Below, piece after piece: positions 48,149 through 56,284 of a stretch of 64,000 bases of DNA (its first letter is position 1; the number at the start of each line of letters is the position of its first letter). The notes beneath the pieces were generated by a model that was not told the origin of the DNA, did no database searches, and worked only from the letters and a program-made list of their open reading frames with translations. Origin of the DNA: Phenylobacterium sp. (GTDB taxonomy: Bacteria; Pseudomonadota; Alphaproteobacteria; Caulobacterales; Caulobacteraceae); contig NZ_JAUYAW010000052.1 in the NCBI RefSeq assembly GCF_030693405.1, positions 13,590 to 77,589 of the forward strand, in the 5' to 3' direction. Made by a program: the position numbers and the translations under genes.

Positions 48149-48190
48149 CGCCGTCCCTCCCTCAAAGGCACCGCCGCCCGAGCCCCCGCC

Positions 48191-49510
48191 ATGTATGATC
48201 CGATCCGGGCCTCAGACGCGGTGATCGCGCGGCTGCGCGCCAACCATCCCAGCCTGATCGACCTGACCACCGGGCGGGTCGAGCGCCTGCTGGCGGCCCT
48301 TGGCCACCCCGAACAGCGATTGCCGCCGGTGATCCATGTGGCCGGCACCAACGGCAAGGGCTCGACGGTCGCCTATATGCGCGCCATCGGCGAGGCTGCG
48401 GGTCTCAAGGTCCATGTCCTGACCTCGCCCCATCTGGTCCGCTTCGCCGAGCGCATCCGGGTGGCCGGCGAGCTGATCAGCGACGCGGCGATGGAGGCCC
48501 TGATCAGTGAGGTGGAGGCCGCCAACGCCAGCGAGCCGATCAGCTTCTTCGAGATCACCACGGTCCTCGCCCTGCAGGCCTTCGCCAAGGTTCCGGCCGA
48601 TCTCTGCCTGATCGAAGTGGGCCTGGGCGGCCGGTTCGACGCCACCAACATCTTCGACGCCCCGGCGGTGAGCGTCATCACGCCTGTGGACTACGACCAT
48701 CTGGAGATGCTGGGGCCTGAGCTCTCCAAGATCGCCTGGGAGAAGGCCGGCATCATCAAGGCCGGCCGCCCCGTCGTGGTCGCCCGCCAGATGGATGAGG
48801 CGCTAGGGGTCATCACGGCGGAGGCGCAGGCCCTGGGCGCCCCCATGACCTTGATCGGCGCCGATGCGGACGCCTGGGAGGCCAATGGCCGACTGCTGGT
48901 GCAGTGGGGGGAGCAACTGCTCGACCTGCCGCCGCCGGCCCTGTTCGGCGCCCACCAGTTCGACAACGCCGGCCTGGCGGTCACCGCGATGCTGACCCTG
49001 GGCGATCCCCGCATCGACGAGGACGCCATGGCCCGCGGCGTGGCGTCCGCCCAGTGGCCCGCACGCTTCCAGCGCCTGCGGGAGGGTGCGCTCGGCCAGA
49101 TGGCGGCTGATCGCGGCGCGGTGCTGTGGCTGGACGGCGGCCACAATCCTCACGCCGGGGCGGCTCTGGCCCAGGCCCTGGCCAAACTCACCGCCCGCGA
49201 TCCGCGGCCCGTGGTTCTGATCGTCGCCATGTTCGCCCGCAAGGACGCCGTCGGCTTCTTCGCCCCCTTCGCCGATCTGGCCCCCCAGGTGGTGGCCACC
49301 AGCTTCGACTCTCCCAACGCCGCCCCGGCCGAAGAGATCGCCGCCGCTGCGAGGACGGCGGGGCTCGTGGCGCAGACGGCGGCTGACGTCACCGCCGCGC
49401 TGTCGGCCGCCCTGGCCCTGGAGGGTCCGGCCCCGCACGTCCTGATCTGCGGCGGCCTGCACTTCGCCGGCGAGGTCCTGGCCATGGACCCCGCGACCTG
49501 GCCCCGGTAA
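48191..49510 (+). CDS. folC: Folylpolyglutamate synthase / dihydrofolate synthase
   Basis: IHVAGTNGKGS, SPHLVRFAERI, EVGLGGRFDATN and LDGGHNP motifs. Confidence 0.96.
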   Translation: MYDPIRASDAVIARLRANHPSLIDLTTGRVERLLAALGHPEQRLPPVIHVAGTNGKGSTVAYMRAIGEAAGLKVHVLTSPHLVRFAERIRVAGELISDAAMEALISEVEAANASEPISFFEITTVLALQAFAKVPADLCLIEVGLGGRFDATNIFDAPAVSVITPVDYDHLEMLGPELSKIAWEKAGIIKAGRPVVVARQMDEALGVITAEAQALGAPMTLIGADADAWEANGRLLVQWGEQLLDLPPPALFGAHQFDNAGLAVTAMLTLGDPRIDEDAMARGVASAQWPARFQRLREGALGQMAADRGAVLWLDGGHNPHAGAALAQALAKLTARDPRPVVLIVAMFARKDAVGFFAPFADLAPQVVATSFDSPNAAPAEEIAAAARTAGLVAQTAADVTAALSAALALEGPAPHVLICGGLHFAGEVLAMDPATWPR

Positions 49511-49519
49511 GAGCCAGCC

Positions 49520-49849
49520 ATGGCGCGCACGAAACTGAACCCTGAATTTCCGATCACGGTGGACGGGGACCCCTATGTCTGGCGGCTGCAGCGCCAGCCC
49601 CAGTGGTCCAGCGACGCGGCCGAATGGCGCGGCATGGCCATCGCGGTGCGCCACGTGGAAGGCCAGCGGGAGGCGGTGGTGGAGTTTCCCCCCGGTCCGC
49701 AGCGCCGCTATGGCGCCCCGCAGCTCCAGCCCTCGCACATCCCCACCGATCTGGTGGCCCGGGCCATCACCTCGGCCATCGCCGCCGGCTGGGAGCCCCT
49801 GTCCCGGGGCAAGACGGTGGCTATCGTGGTCGACGCCGAGGGCCGCTGA
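49520..49849 (+). CDS. Hypothetical 109-aa protein
   Basis: Host-like codon usage, starts 9 bp after folC; no motif I recognise. Confidence 0.65.
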   Translation: MARTKLNPEFPITVDGDPYVWRLQRQPQWSSDAAEWRGMAIAVRHVEGQREAVVEFPPGPQRRYGAPQLQPSHIPTDLVARAITSAIAAGWEPLSRGKTVAIVVDAEGR

Positions 49850-49858
49850 GGGCTCGTC

Positions 49859-50476
49859 CTACGGGATCGTCCACCAGCGCCAGAGGACTAGGAAGAGTAG
49901 TCCGATCAGCAACAAGGGCCACCAGAGGTTGCGCCGCGGCCTCTCGGGCCGAACAGGGCGCGCGGCGGTCGCTCGCAGGCGGACCCAGTCGGTAGCTTCA
50001 TCCTCATCGTAGACGAAGCCCGTATAGTGGGCGACCAGCTGCATGGGCACGTCGAACGCGAAATCGACGCCATCCTCGTCCGCCTGCGCCTTGAGCGCCT
50101 TGGCTCTCAGCTCCGCCACGATGGCCGGGAGCGTTCCCTCCACGGCCAGGGGACGTGCCTCGTCGTCCGGGTCATGGGTCACTGACCATTCAAGCTGGCC
50201 GTTCCGATATCCGTGCGCATAGGAGTGCATGGGGATGGAGTACATCTCGCACCCCACGGCCATCTGGTCGGTGGTGGAAGCGGCCAGTTCGAGGTCGGTG
50301 GCCAGGTCCAGGTTCAGCTGACTGGTCACCACGATCCAACCCCCAGGAAAGGTGCGACAGCTATAGTCGCAATCCACCCAATCCCCCGTCGGCGCACCCG
50401 GTATGGGTTCAAGCCCCAGCGCCGCCAGAACCACCTCCAGCTCGACGCCCTGCACCCCGATTAAGGTCGCCCTCAT
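49859..50476 (-). CDS. Putative immunity protein with a C-terminal transmembrane anchor
   Basis: Acidic 205-aa protein; ATGA overlap with the upstream nuclease gene; C-terminus RRNLWWPLLLIGLLFLVLWRWW. Function inferred from context. Confidence 0.55.
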   Translation of the reverse strand: MRATLIGVQGVELEVVLAALGLEPIPGAPTGDWVDCDYSCRTFPGGWIVVTSQLNLDLATDLELAASTTDQMAVGCEMYSIPMHSYAHGYRNGQLEWSVTHDPDDEARPLAVEGTLPAIVAELRAKALKAQADEDGVDFAFDVPMQLVAHYTGFVYDEDEATDWVRLRATAARPVRPERPRRNLWWPLLLIGLLFLVLWRWWTIP

Positions 50477-51813
50477 GGCGCAGTCGCTCCGGGCTCAAGC
50501 TGCGGTTGGGTCGTTGCCCAGTCCCAGGGGAAGATTACTGAAATTGGCAGGCCAAGGGCGGCCCCAATATCCCGCGGGACCGAGTGGTCTACTCGATAGT
50601 TATTGAGTTCAATGGTGGCTTGTATTTGTCGCGGGCTTAAATGAGCCTTGCGCCCGAATTTCGATTCAATAAGTTGCTGCGGAAGTCCATTTTTGTATGT
50701 GCGCAGGTCAGGAAACGTGTGGCCCCCACCCGGTAGCTTGTGCGCGGTCTTTTTTGTCGGACCAGTCTTGTGGCCGCGCACAAAGTTCCTGACACGGGAG
50801 ACTCGCTCGCCCATCACTCCCTTAGCCTTAATCGGCAAGCCATCCATATGCTTGGCTACGCTTGCCCCGACCAAACCGGCGACGGTGGCTCCGGCAGCGG
50901 CCGCTTCCCTCGCTCTTGCGGCGGACTGCGCATTGAGGCCGCCATTTAGGGTATCCTGCGCCACAGACTCGGTTAACCCAGCTGCGGCGCCCGCCCGGGC
51001 CACATTGCCGCGCCGAGCGGCCAAGGCGCCGAGTGTTCCCCCAACGATAGCGCCGCCATAGTCGCCTGGCGTTCCGACCTTCCAATGCGCGACGTCGTCG
51101 ATAGCTTGGCCTATCACGCCGGCTGCGCCACCAGCCCCAGCCAGCGCGGCCGTTTCCCGAAGGATCAGCGGGGCTGTCTGCCCGATGCGAACACCTTGGG
51201 CGGCGGGGACGAGCGCCGCCCCCCATGGACCAAGAAGCGCCCCTGTGACGAGCACCTGACCGCCGACCCCCAGGACCTGTCCGGTCGTCCTTGCTGCGGC
51301 ATAGTTTTGAGCATCGGCGGCGTCCCGCGCGCGCTCTTGCGCCATCCGCTTCTGGTACGATGCGCCGAAATCGTCTCCCTGAAGAACATCGCCCACAGCG
51401 CCGAGGCCAGCATAGGCTTGGTCGCCCAGGCCGAGGGTGAATGCATCTTGCGCGCCGCGTGCGGCGGCGGCGGTTTGAGCCGTCGCCTCCTGCAGCCAAT
51501 CTTGGGCGGCTTGCCCAGGCTGCGCTGAGGCTGGCTTTCGGGTGGGCGTCGACGGACTCGGCGGCTTGGAAACCGCTGTGGACCTTGCTGCTGGACGAGG
51601 CAGGATCCGGCTTGCGCCGGTTTCAATGAGCTGTTCGGCTTTTGAAACCAGGGCGCTCTGCGCCGACTGCGCCGCTCTTTCCACGCCTCGACGGTACGTG
51701 TCCAAGGCCTGTTCGGACCGCTGAAGACCGCGTTGCAACTCCACCTCACGCGCGGCAATCCAGCTTTTCATATCGCCTGCGCCACGGCGCAGGGCGTCCT
51801 GAAACTGTCTCAA
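50473..51813 (-). CDS. Putative polymorphic toxin with a C-terminal PD-(D/E)xK (REase-fold) nuclease; TTG start
   Basis: C-terminal KGVMGE...FPD...IESKFG..LSPRQ; Gly/Ala-rich helical mid region; GAGGAG SD 6 nt before TTG; nuclease tip is AT-rich. Confidence 0.65.
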   Translation of the reverse strand: MRQFQDALRRGAGDMKSWIAAREVELQRGLQRSEQALDTYRRGVERAAQSAQSALVSKAEQLIETGASRILPRPAARSTAVSKPPSPSTPTRKPASAQPGQAAQDWLQEATAQTAAAARGAQDAFTLGLGDQAYAGLGAVGDVLQGDDFGASYQKRMAQERARDAADAQNYAAARTTGQVLGVGGQVLVTGALLGPWGAALVPAAQGVRIGQTAPLILRETAALAGAGGAAGVIGQAIDDVAHWKVGTPGDYGGAIVGGTLGALAARRGNVARAGAAAGLTESVAQDTLNGGLNAQSAARAREAAAAGATVAGLVGASVAKHMDGLPIKAKGVMGERVSRVRNFVRGHKTGPTKKTAHKLPGGGHTFPDLRTYKNGLPQQLIESKFGRKAHLSPRQIQATIELNNYRVDHSVPRDIGAALGLPISVIFPWDWATTQPQLEPGATAP

Positions 51814-51870
51814 GTCATGCTCCTCGATCGGACCGACGACGACTTCTCGCTCAGCGCGAGTTGAGGCCCG

Positions 51871-51898
51871 ATACTACCGCGGTTGAGCTTTGGAGCAA
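51871..51898 (-). promoter_or_regulatory. Sigma70-type promoter for the toxin gene
   Basis: TTGCTC-N16-TAGTAT on the minus strand. Confidence 0.6.
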
Positions 51899-51913
51899 GA
51901 ACAAAAGTAGAAC
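51899..51913 (-). promoter_or_regulatory. Alphaproteobacterial LexA (SOS) box
   Basis: GAAC-AAAAGTA-GAAC on plus = GTTC-N7-GTTC on minus, with AT-rich spacer; directly abuts the -35 hexamer. Confidence 0.8.
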
Positions 51914-52137
51914 ATCTACCCTGACGCACCGGCCGCATCTGACCCTCCCTAACGCCGCGCGGCTGCCGGCTGGGCGATGACGCGGGTGACTTCGGCCATG
52001 GTTTCGGCGCCTCAGGCGCAGAGGGGGCCAGGGCCTCGACTAGGCTGCGCCCCAGTGGGCGCGGCCTTAGTCCACCCGCGGCATGACCTCCTTGTAGTGG
52101 GTCTGCTTGATCAGATCGAAGGCTGGCCGCCTACCCC

Positions 52138-52539
52138 CTAGGCCCAGAGGTCGCCCACGCAGCGGCCGCGGGACGGCAGGTCTTCGAAGGCGCCCAGGCC
52201 GTCGAAATGGCGGATCGGCAGGTGAGCCACCTCGTCCGGCGGGGCGAGCCTTAGATTGACCGCCATCCGCCGCCGGCCGTCCGGCCGCAGGCGCAGGCCG
52301 CGCCAGGCGAGCACGCCGGCGCATGCTGGGCAGAACAGGACCTCCAGCCCCGGCTCGTCCTCGGCGATCCGGCTGTAGGACGAGGTCGGTCCGCTGAGCG
52401 CGATCCGCTCCCCCTCATAGTCATAGGCCCAGAGCGCGCCATAGCGGCGGCAGAGCGTGCAGTTGCAGGCGGTGACCGGGCCTGGGTCACCCTCCAGGGT
52501 CCACTGGCTCTGTCCGCAGTGGCAGGAACCGGTCAGCAT
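52138..52539 (-). CDS. GFA/CENP-V family zinc-binding protein
   Basis: GSCHCG, CNCTLCRRYG, FCPACAG and AVNLRL motifs. Confidence 0.9.
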   Translation of the reverse strand: MLTGSCHCGQSQWTLEGDPGPVTACNCTLCRRYGALWAYDYEGERIALSGPTSSYSRIAEDEPGLEVLFCPACAGVLAWRGLRLRPDGRRRMAVNLRLAPPDEVAHLPIRHFDGLGAFEDLPSRGRCVGDLWA

Positions 52540-52544
52540 GACGT

Positions 52545-52895
52545 TCAGCCCCTCAGGATCTTGCCCATCGCCTTGCCCCTAGCCAGTTCGTCGATGAGCT
52601 TGTCCAGGTAGCGGATCTCCCGCATCAGCGGGTCTTCGATGTCCTCCACCCGTACGCCGCAGATGACGCCCTTGATCTGGGCCCGCGCCGGGTTCATCGC
52701 CGGGGCCTGGGCGAAGAAGGTGCGGAAGTCCGACTGGTCGGCCAGCTGGGCGGCGAAGGCCTCGGAGCTGAAGCCGGTGAGCCACAGGATGATCTCATCG
52801 ACCTCGGCCCTGGTGCGGCCCTTGCGCTCGGCCTTAGCTACATAGAGCGGATAGACGCTGGCGAAGCTGGTGGTGAAGATGCGGTGTTCTGGCAT
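52545..52895 (-). CDS. DUF2200-family protein
   Basis: [29 protein letters not shown] and [14 protein letters not shown]. Confidence 0.85.
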   Translation of the reverse strand: MPEHRIFTTSFASVYPLYVAKAERKGRTRAEVDEIILWLTGFSSEAFAAQLADQSDFRTFFAQAPAMNPARAQIKGVICGVRVEDIEDPLMREIRYLDKLIDELARGKAMGKILRG

Positions 52896-52959
52896 CGGGC
52901 GCTCACACGTCAGCGGACGGCGGGGCGTCCGGTTCCAGGCGATCATGCCCCGGTTGGCC

Positions 52960-53133
52960 CTAGTCGTCGATGCCGGGGCGAAGCGGATCCCGCCCGTCCA
53001 GGCCCTCAATGTGGCGACGTTGCTGACGGACGCGGGCGCCCACGTCGTCCGGGCCAGGGCCATCGCGCTCGGGCGATTCAGGCAGCGAAGCCGGGGGGAC
53101 GGACGGCGGGGGCGGGGTGTCGGGAACAGACAT
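52960..53133 (-). CDS. Small 57-aa Pro/acidic protein, below the ORF-track cutoff
   Basis: AAGGAG SD 5 nt before ATG 53133; [60 protein letters not shown] at 52960. Confidence 0.5.
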   Translation of the reverse strand: MSVPDTPPPPSVPPASLPESPERDGPGPDDVGARVRQQRRHIEGLDGRDPLRPGIDD

Positions 53134-53192
53134 GGACGCTCCTTGCCACCGGGTAACCGGCCGCGGCGAAGGCCGGTTCCCGGCGCCTGGGC

Positions 53193-54299
53193 TCAGACCG
53201 TCGGCACCGTGCCGCCGTCGATGACCACCTCGGTTCCGTGGATGGTGGCGGCGCGGTCGCTGGCCAGGAAGGCGATCAGGTCGGCGACCTCGTCCGGCGT
53301 ATTGGGCCGGCCGATGGGGATGCCGCCCAGCGCACGCATCAGGTCCTGGCGGGCGGTCTCCACGTCGCCGCCTTCGCTGGCCGCCAGCCGCTCGATCATC
53401 CGCGTGGCGGCTTCGGTCTCGGTGAAGCCCGGCGCGACGCTGAGCACGCGCACGCCCTTCGGCCCCAGTTCATTGGACAGGGCCTTGCTGTAGGCGCCGA
53501 GCGCGGCCTTGGCCGCGGCGTAGGCCAGGGTGGAGTCGTAGAGCGGCAGCCGGCGCTGGATGGAGGTGACATGGACGATCACCCCATAGCCCTGGTCCAG
53601 CATGGCCGGGGCCAGCGCCCGGTCGAGCCGCACGGCTGACAAGAGGTTCAGGTTCAGCTCATTCACCCAGTGGTCTTCGGTCAAAGCCGAAAACCCGCCG
53701 CCGGGCGTCGTCGAGCCGCCGAGACTGTGGACGATGAGGTCCACGCCGCCGAGCCGCTCAAGGACGACCCGCGCCAGCTCCGCTGCCCCGGCCGGATCGG
53801 CGAGATCAACGCCATGGAACAGGTCCGGCTGGGCTAGCTTCGCCGGCCGGGTCCGGGCGGCGCGGAAGACGGTGGCCCCGGCGCCGGCCAGCCGGTCGGC
53901 CACCGCTGCGCCCACCCCTTGTGTCCCGCCGGTCACCAGCACCCGGCGGCCGGTGAACTCGGCGTTCGAAGGCCGCGGCGTGATCTCCAGGGTCTGGATC
54001 AGGTCGCCGGCTAGGCGGAAGGCGTAGCGCAGGTCGGCGCGGCCGCCGGGGAAGGTCCCCGTGACGTGGGCGGTCACCACGCCGCCGTCGGCCGTGGGCT
54101 CGAAGCTGCGGGGCTCGGCGCGGAAACTGTAGAGCGCTCGCGCCTCGGCGGCCCAGTCGCGCACGGCGGCCCGGCCCTGGTGGTCGCGCTGTTCGTCGTG
54201 GACGTGCGCGTCCGGCGCGAAGCCGGCGGCGAGCGCGTCGGCGTCATCGGCCTCGGCGGCGGCGAAGTAGCGGGCGATCGGGGCGGGGAGTTTGATCAT
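53193..54299 (-). CDS. SnoaL/NTF2-like domain fused to an SDR oxidoreductase
   Basis: N-terminal IARYFAA..DADALAAGFAPDAHVHDE (SnoaL-like); then VLVTGGTQGVG and YAAAKAA (SDR). Confidence 0.85.
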   Translation of the reverse strand: MIKLPAPIARYFAAAEADDADALAAGFAPDAHVHDEQRDHQGRAAVRDWAAEARALYSFRAEPRSFEPTADGGVVTAHVTGTFPGGRADLRYAFRLAGDLIQTLEITPRPSNAEFTGRRVLVTGGTQGVGAAVADRLAGAGATVFRAARTRPAKLAQPDLFHGVDLADPAGAAELARVVLERLGGVDLIVHSLGGSTTPGGGFSALTEDHWVNELNLNLLSAVRLDRALAPAMLDQGYGVIVHVTSIQRRLPLYDSTLAYAAAKAALGAYSKALSNELGPKGVRVLSVAPGFTETEAATRMIERLAASEGGDVETARQDLMRALGGIPIGRPNTPDEVADLIAFLASDRAATIHGTEVVIDGGTVPTV

Positions 54300-54353
54300 G
54301 GGGCTCGGGCCTCTGGGGTGGCGATACCCCCGATCTGGCGCTATACAGATGTC

Positions 54354-54749
54354 ATGGCAAGAACCGACAAAATCGTAGGGTACTCACCTACAGGTAAGTT
54401 AGCCGACGTCACCCCCGACCTGGCGGCGAGCGGGGTCGAGACGGCGTTCCGCATGCTGGAGGGCCGCTGGAAGATGGTGATCATCTTTCACCTCTTCGAC
54501 CGCCAGGTGCTGCGGTTCTCCGAACTTGAGCGCGCCATCCCCGGCGTCTCGCAGAAGATGCTGATCCAGCAGCTGCGGGACCTGGAGCGCGACGGCATCG
54601 TCGAGCGCCAGATCTACGCCCAGGTGCCGCCCAAGGTGGAATACCGGCTGACCGACTGGGGCCAAGCCATGTGCCCGGCCCTGGACTCCCTGCTGGAATG
54701 GGCGGCCCAGAAGCCCGCCTCGCCGGCGGACCCCGCGCCTGCGGCCTGA
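54354..54749 (+). CDS. HxlR-family winged-HTH regulator (start uncertain)
   Basis: LEGRWKMVII, RFSELERAIPGVSQKMLIQQLRDLERDG and VPPKVEYRLT. Confidence 0.9.
   Translation: MARTDKIVGYSPTGKLADVTPDLAASGVETAFRMLEGRWKMVIIFHLFDRQVLRFSELERAIPGVSQKMLIQQLRDLERDGIVERQIYAQVPPKVEYRLTDWGQAMCPALDSLLEWAAQKPASPADPAPAA
54382..54399. promoter_or_regulatory. Inverted repeat, candidate HxlR operator
   Basis: ACTCAC-N6-GTAAGT (one mismatch to a perfect inverted repeat) at the 5' end of the regulator, divergent from the SDR gene. Confidence 0.45.
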
Positions 54750-54775
54750 CGGCGGAGACCCTACCGCCCCACGCC

Positions 54776-55024
54776 CTAGGCGCAGGGCTGGGGCTCGCCG
54801 CCGCCCAGGTCGATGCGGAAACAGTGCTCGTGGCCGTTGGCCAGGTCGCAGACGACCACCTGGATCTCCCCGCCCGAGTCGGCCGGCGGGTGGAAATCCT
54901 CCACATAGGCGAGGGCGGCGGCCTCGAAGGAGGCCTCCTCCACGATCTGTGCGGGGTGGTGGTCGTCCTGCCGGGCGTGAACGCTGAAGCGGCGCGAAAG
55001 CTCTTGGGTCTGCGGCATGGTCAT
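54776..55024 (-). CDS. Small conserved hypothetical protein (DUF5961-like)
   Basis: RRFSVHA...EEASFEAAALAYVE...GHEHCFRIDL; family name recalled, not verified. Confidence 0.55.
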   Translation of the reverse strand: MTMPQTQELSRRFSVHARQDDHHPAQIVEEASFEAAALAYVEDFHPPADSGGEIQVVVCDLANGHEHCFRIDLGGGEPQPCA

Positions 55025-55082
55025 CTCCTCCCCGGAAGAACGTGCAGGCGCCGGAAAGGATTCGTGAGCGCCGCGGCCCGCC

Positions 55083-56060
55083 TTAAGCCAGCTCGAACTG
55101 CCCGACGCGCTTGCGCAGGATGGCCTCGGCGTCGGCCATGATCTTGTCGATCAGGTCCTTCACGGTCGGGATGTCGTGGATCAGGCCCGCGACCATGCCG
55201 CAGGACCAGCCGCCGGCGTCCATATTCCCGTCGCGCATGATGGCCGGATAGACGCCTGCCACTTCCGGGGCGATGTCGGCGAAGGTGAGGGCGGCGCCCA
55301 TCTCCTTCTCCTTGGCCAGCAGGCGCTCCACGCCCGCGTTCACCAGCACCCGCTCGGTATTGCGCAGGGGCCGCATGATCAGCCGGGTGTCGAGCTCGCT
55401 GGCCTCCACCAGGGCCTGCTTCACATTGGGATGCACCGGCGCCTCCTGGGTGGCGATGAAGCGGGTGCCCATATTGATCCCGTCGGCGCCGAGGCAGAGC
55501 GCCGCGGCTAGCGACCGCCCATCGGCCATGCCGCCCGAGGCCAGGAACGGGATCTCCAGCTCCTCGGCCGCCCGGGGCAGGAGGATGAAGTTCGGCACGT
55601 CGTCCTCGCCCGGATGGCCGCCGCATTCAAAGCCGTCGACGCTGACCGCGTCGCAGCCGATGGCCTGGGCCTTCACCGCATGGCGCACGGCGGTGCACTT
55701 GTGGATCACCTTGATGCCCGCCTCTTTCAGGGCCGGCAGGTACTTCTGCGGATTGTTGCCCGCCGTCTCGACGACCTTGACGCCGGACTTCACGATCGCC
55801 TCGACAAAGCCCGGATAGTCCGGCGGCGTCACCGAGGGCAGGAAGGTCAGGTTCACCCCGAACGGCTTGTCGGTCATCCCCCGGCACCGGGCGATCTCGG
55901 CGGAAAGCTTCTCCGGCGTTCCCTGGGTCAGGCCGGTGATGATGCCAAGCCCGCCCGCATTGGACACGGCCGCGGCCATCTCGGCGAAGCCCACATAGTG
56001 CATGCCCCCCTGCACGATCGGATGCTCGACGCCGAGCAGGTCAGTGATGCGGGTCTTCAT
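55083..56060 (-). CDS. Nitronate monooxygenase / 2-nitropropane dioxygenase family
   Basis: HPIVQGGM, AVSNAGGLG, DGFECGGHPG, ASGGMADG and MGTRF motifs. Confidence 0.9.
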   Translation of the reverse strand: MKTRITDLLGVEHPIVQGGMHYVGFAEMAAAVSNAGGLGIITGLTQGTPEKLSAEIARCRGMTDKPFGVNLTFLPSVTPPDYPGFVEAIVKSGVKVVETAGNNPQKYLPALKEAGIKVIHKCTAVRHAVKAQAIGCDAVSVDGFECGGHPGEDDVPNFILLPRAAEELEIPFLASGGMADGRSLAAALCLGADGINMGTRFIATQEAPVHPNVKQALVEASELDTRLIMRPLRNTERVLVNAGVERLLAKEKEMGAALTFADIAPEVAGVYPAIMRDGNMDAGGWSCGMVAGLIHDIPTVKDLIDKIMADAEAILRKRVGQFELA

Positions 56061-56284
56061 GGTCGGCTCCTCCCGGGGGCTGTGTTTGTTGGGGCGGAGT
56101 CGTGCGCGGAATGGGGGGCGTGTGCAAGTGGGGCTGGGGCGAATGGGTCGCGAGTGGAAGGGTGGTCACATCGCCTCGTCGTGGAACCGTTCGCCTGTGG
56201 CTCACGCGCCGCCACTCTTCAAAGCAGACAACGAGGACCCTGGCGCTATAGTCACCAGCCAGCCAAGGGGGCATGCGGCGAAAA

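Noticed and set aside
51810-51818. Mini-ORF ATG-ACT-TGA overlapping the toxin start, suggesting a frameshifted pseudogene
   Set aside because: The ATG is only 1 nt from the GAGGAG SD, whereas TTG 51813 is at 6 nt and opens an intact 446-codon frame.
56075-56147. G-tract cluster (possible G-quadruplex) at the left edge of the low-GC defence-like genes
   Set aside because: Several G3-G6 runs are present, but such runs are expected by chance in a 70% GC genome and nothing else supports function.
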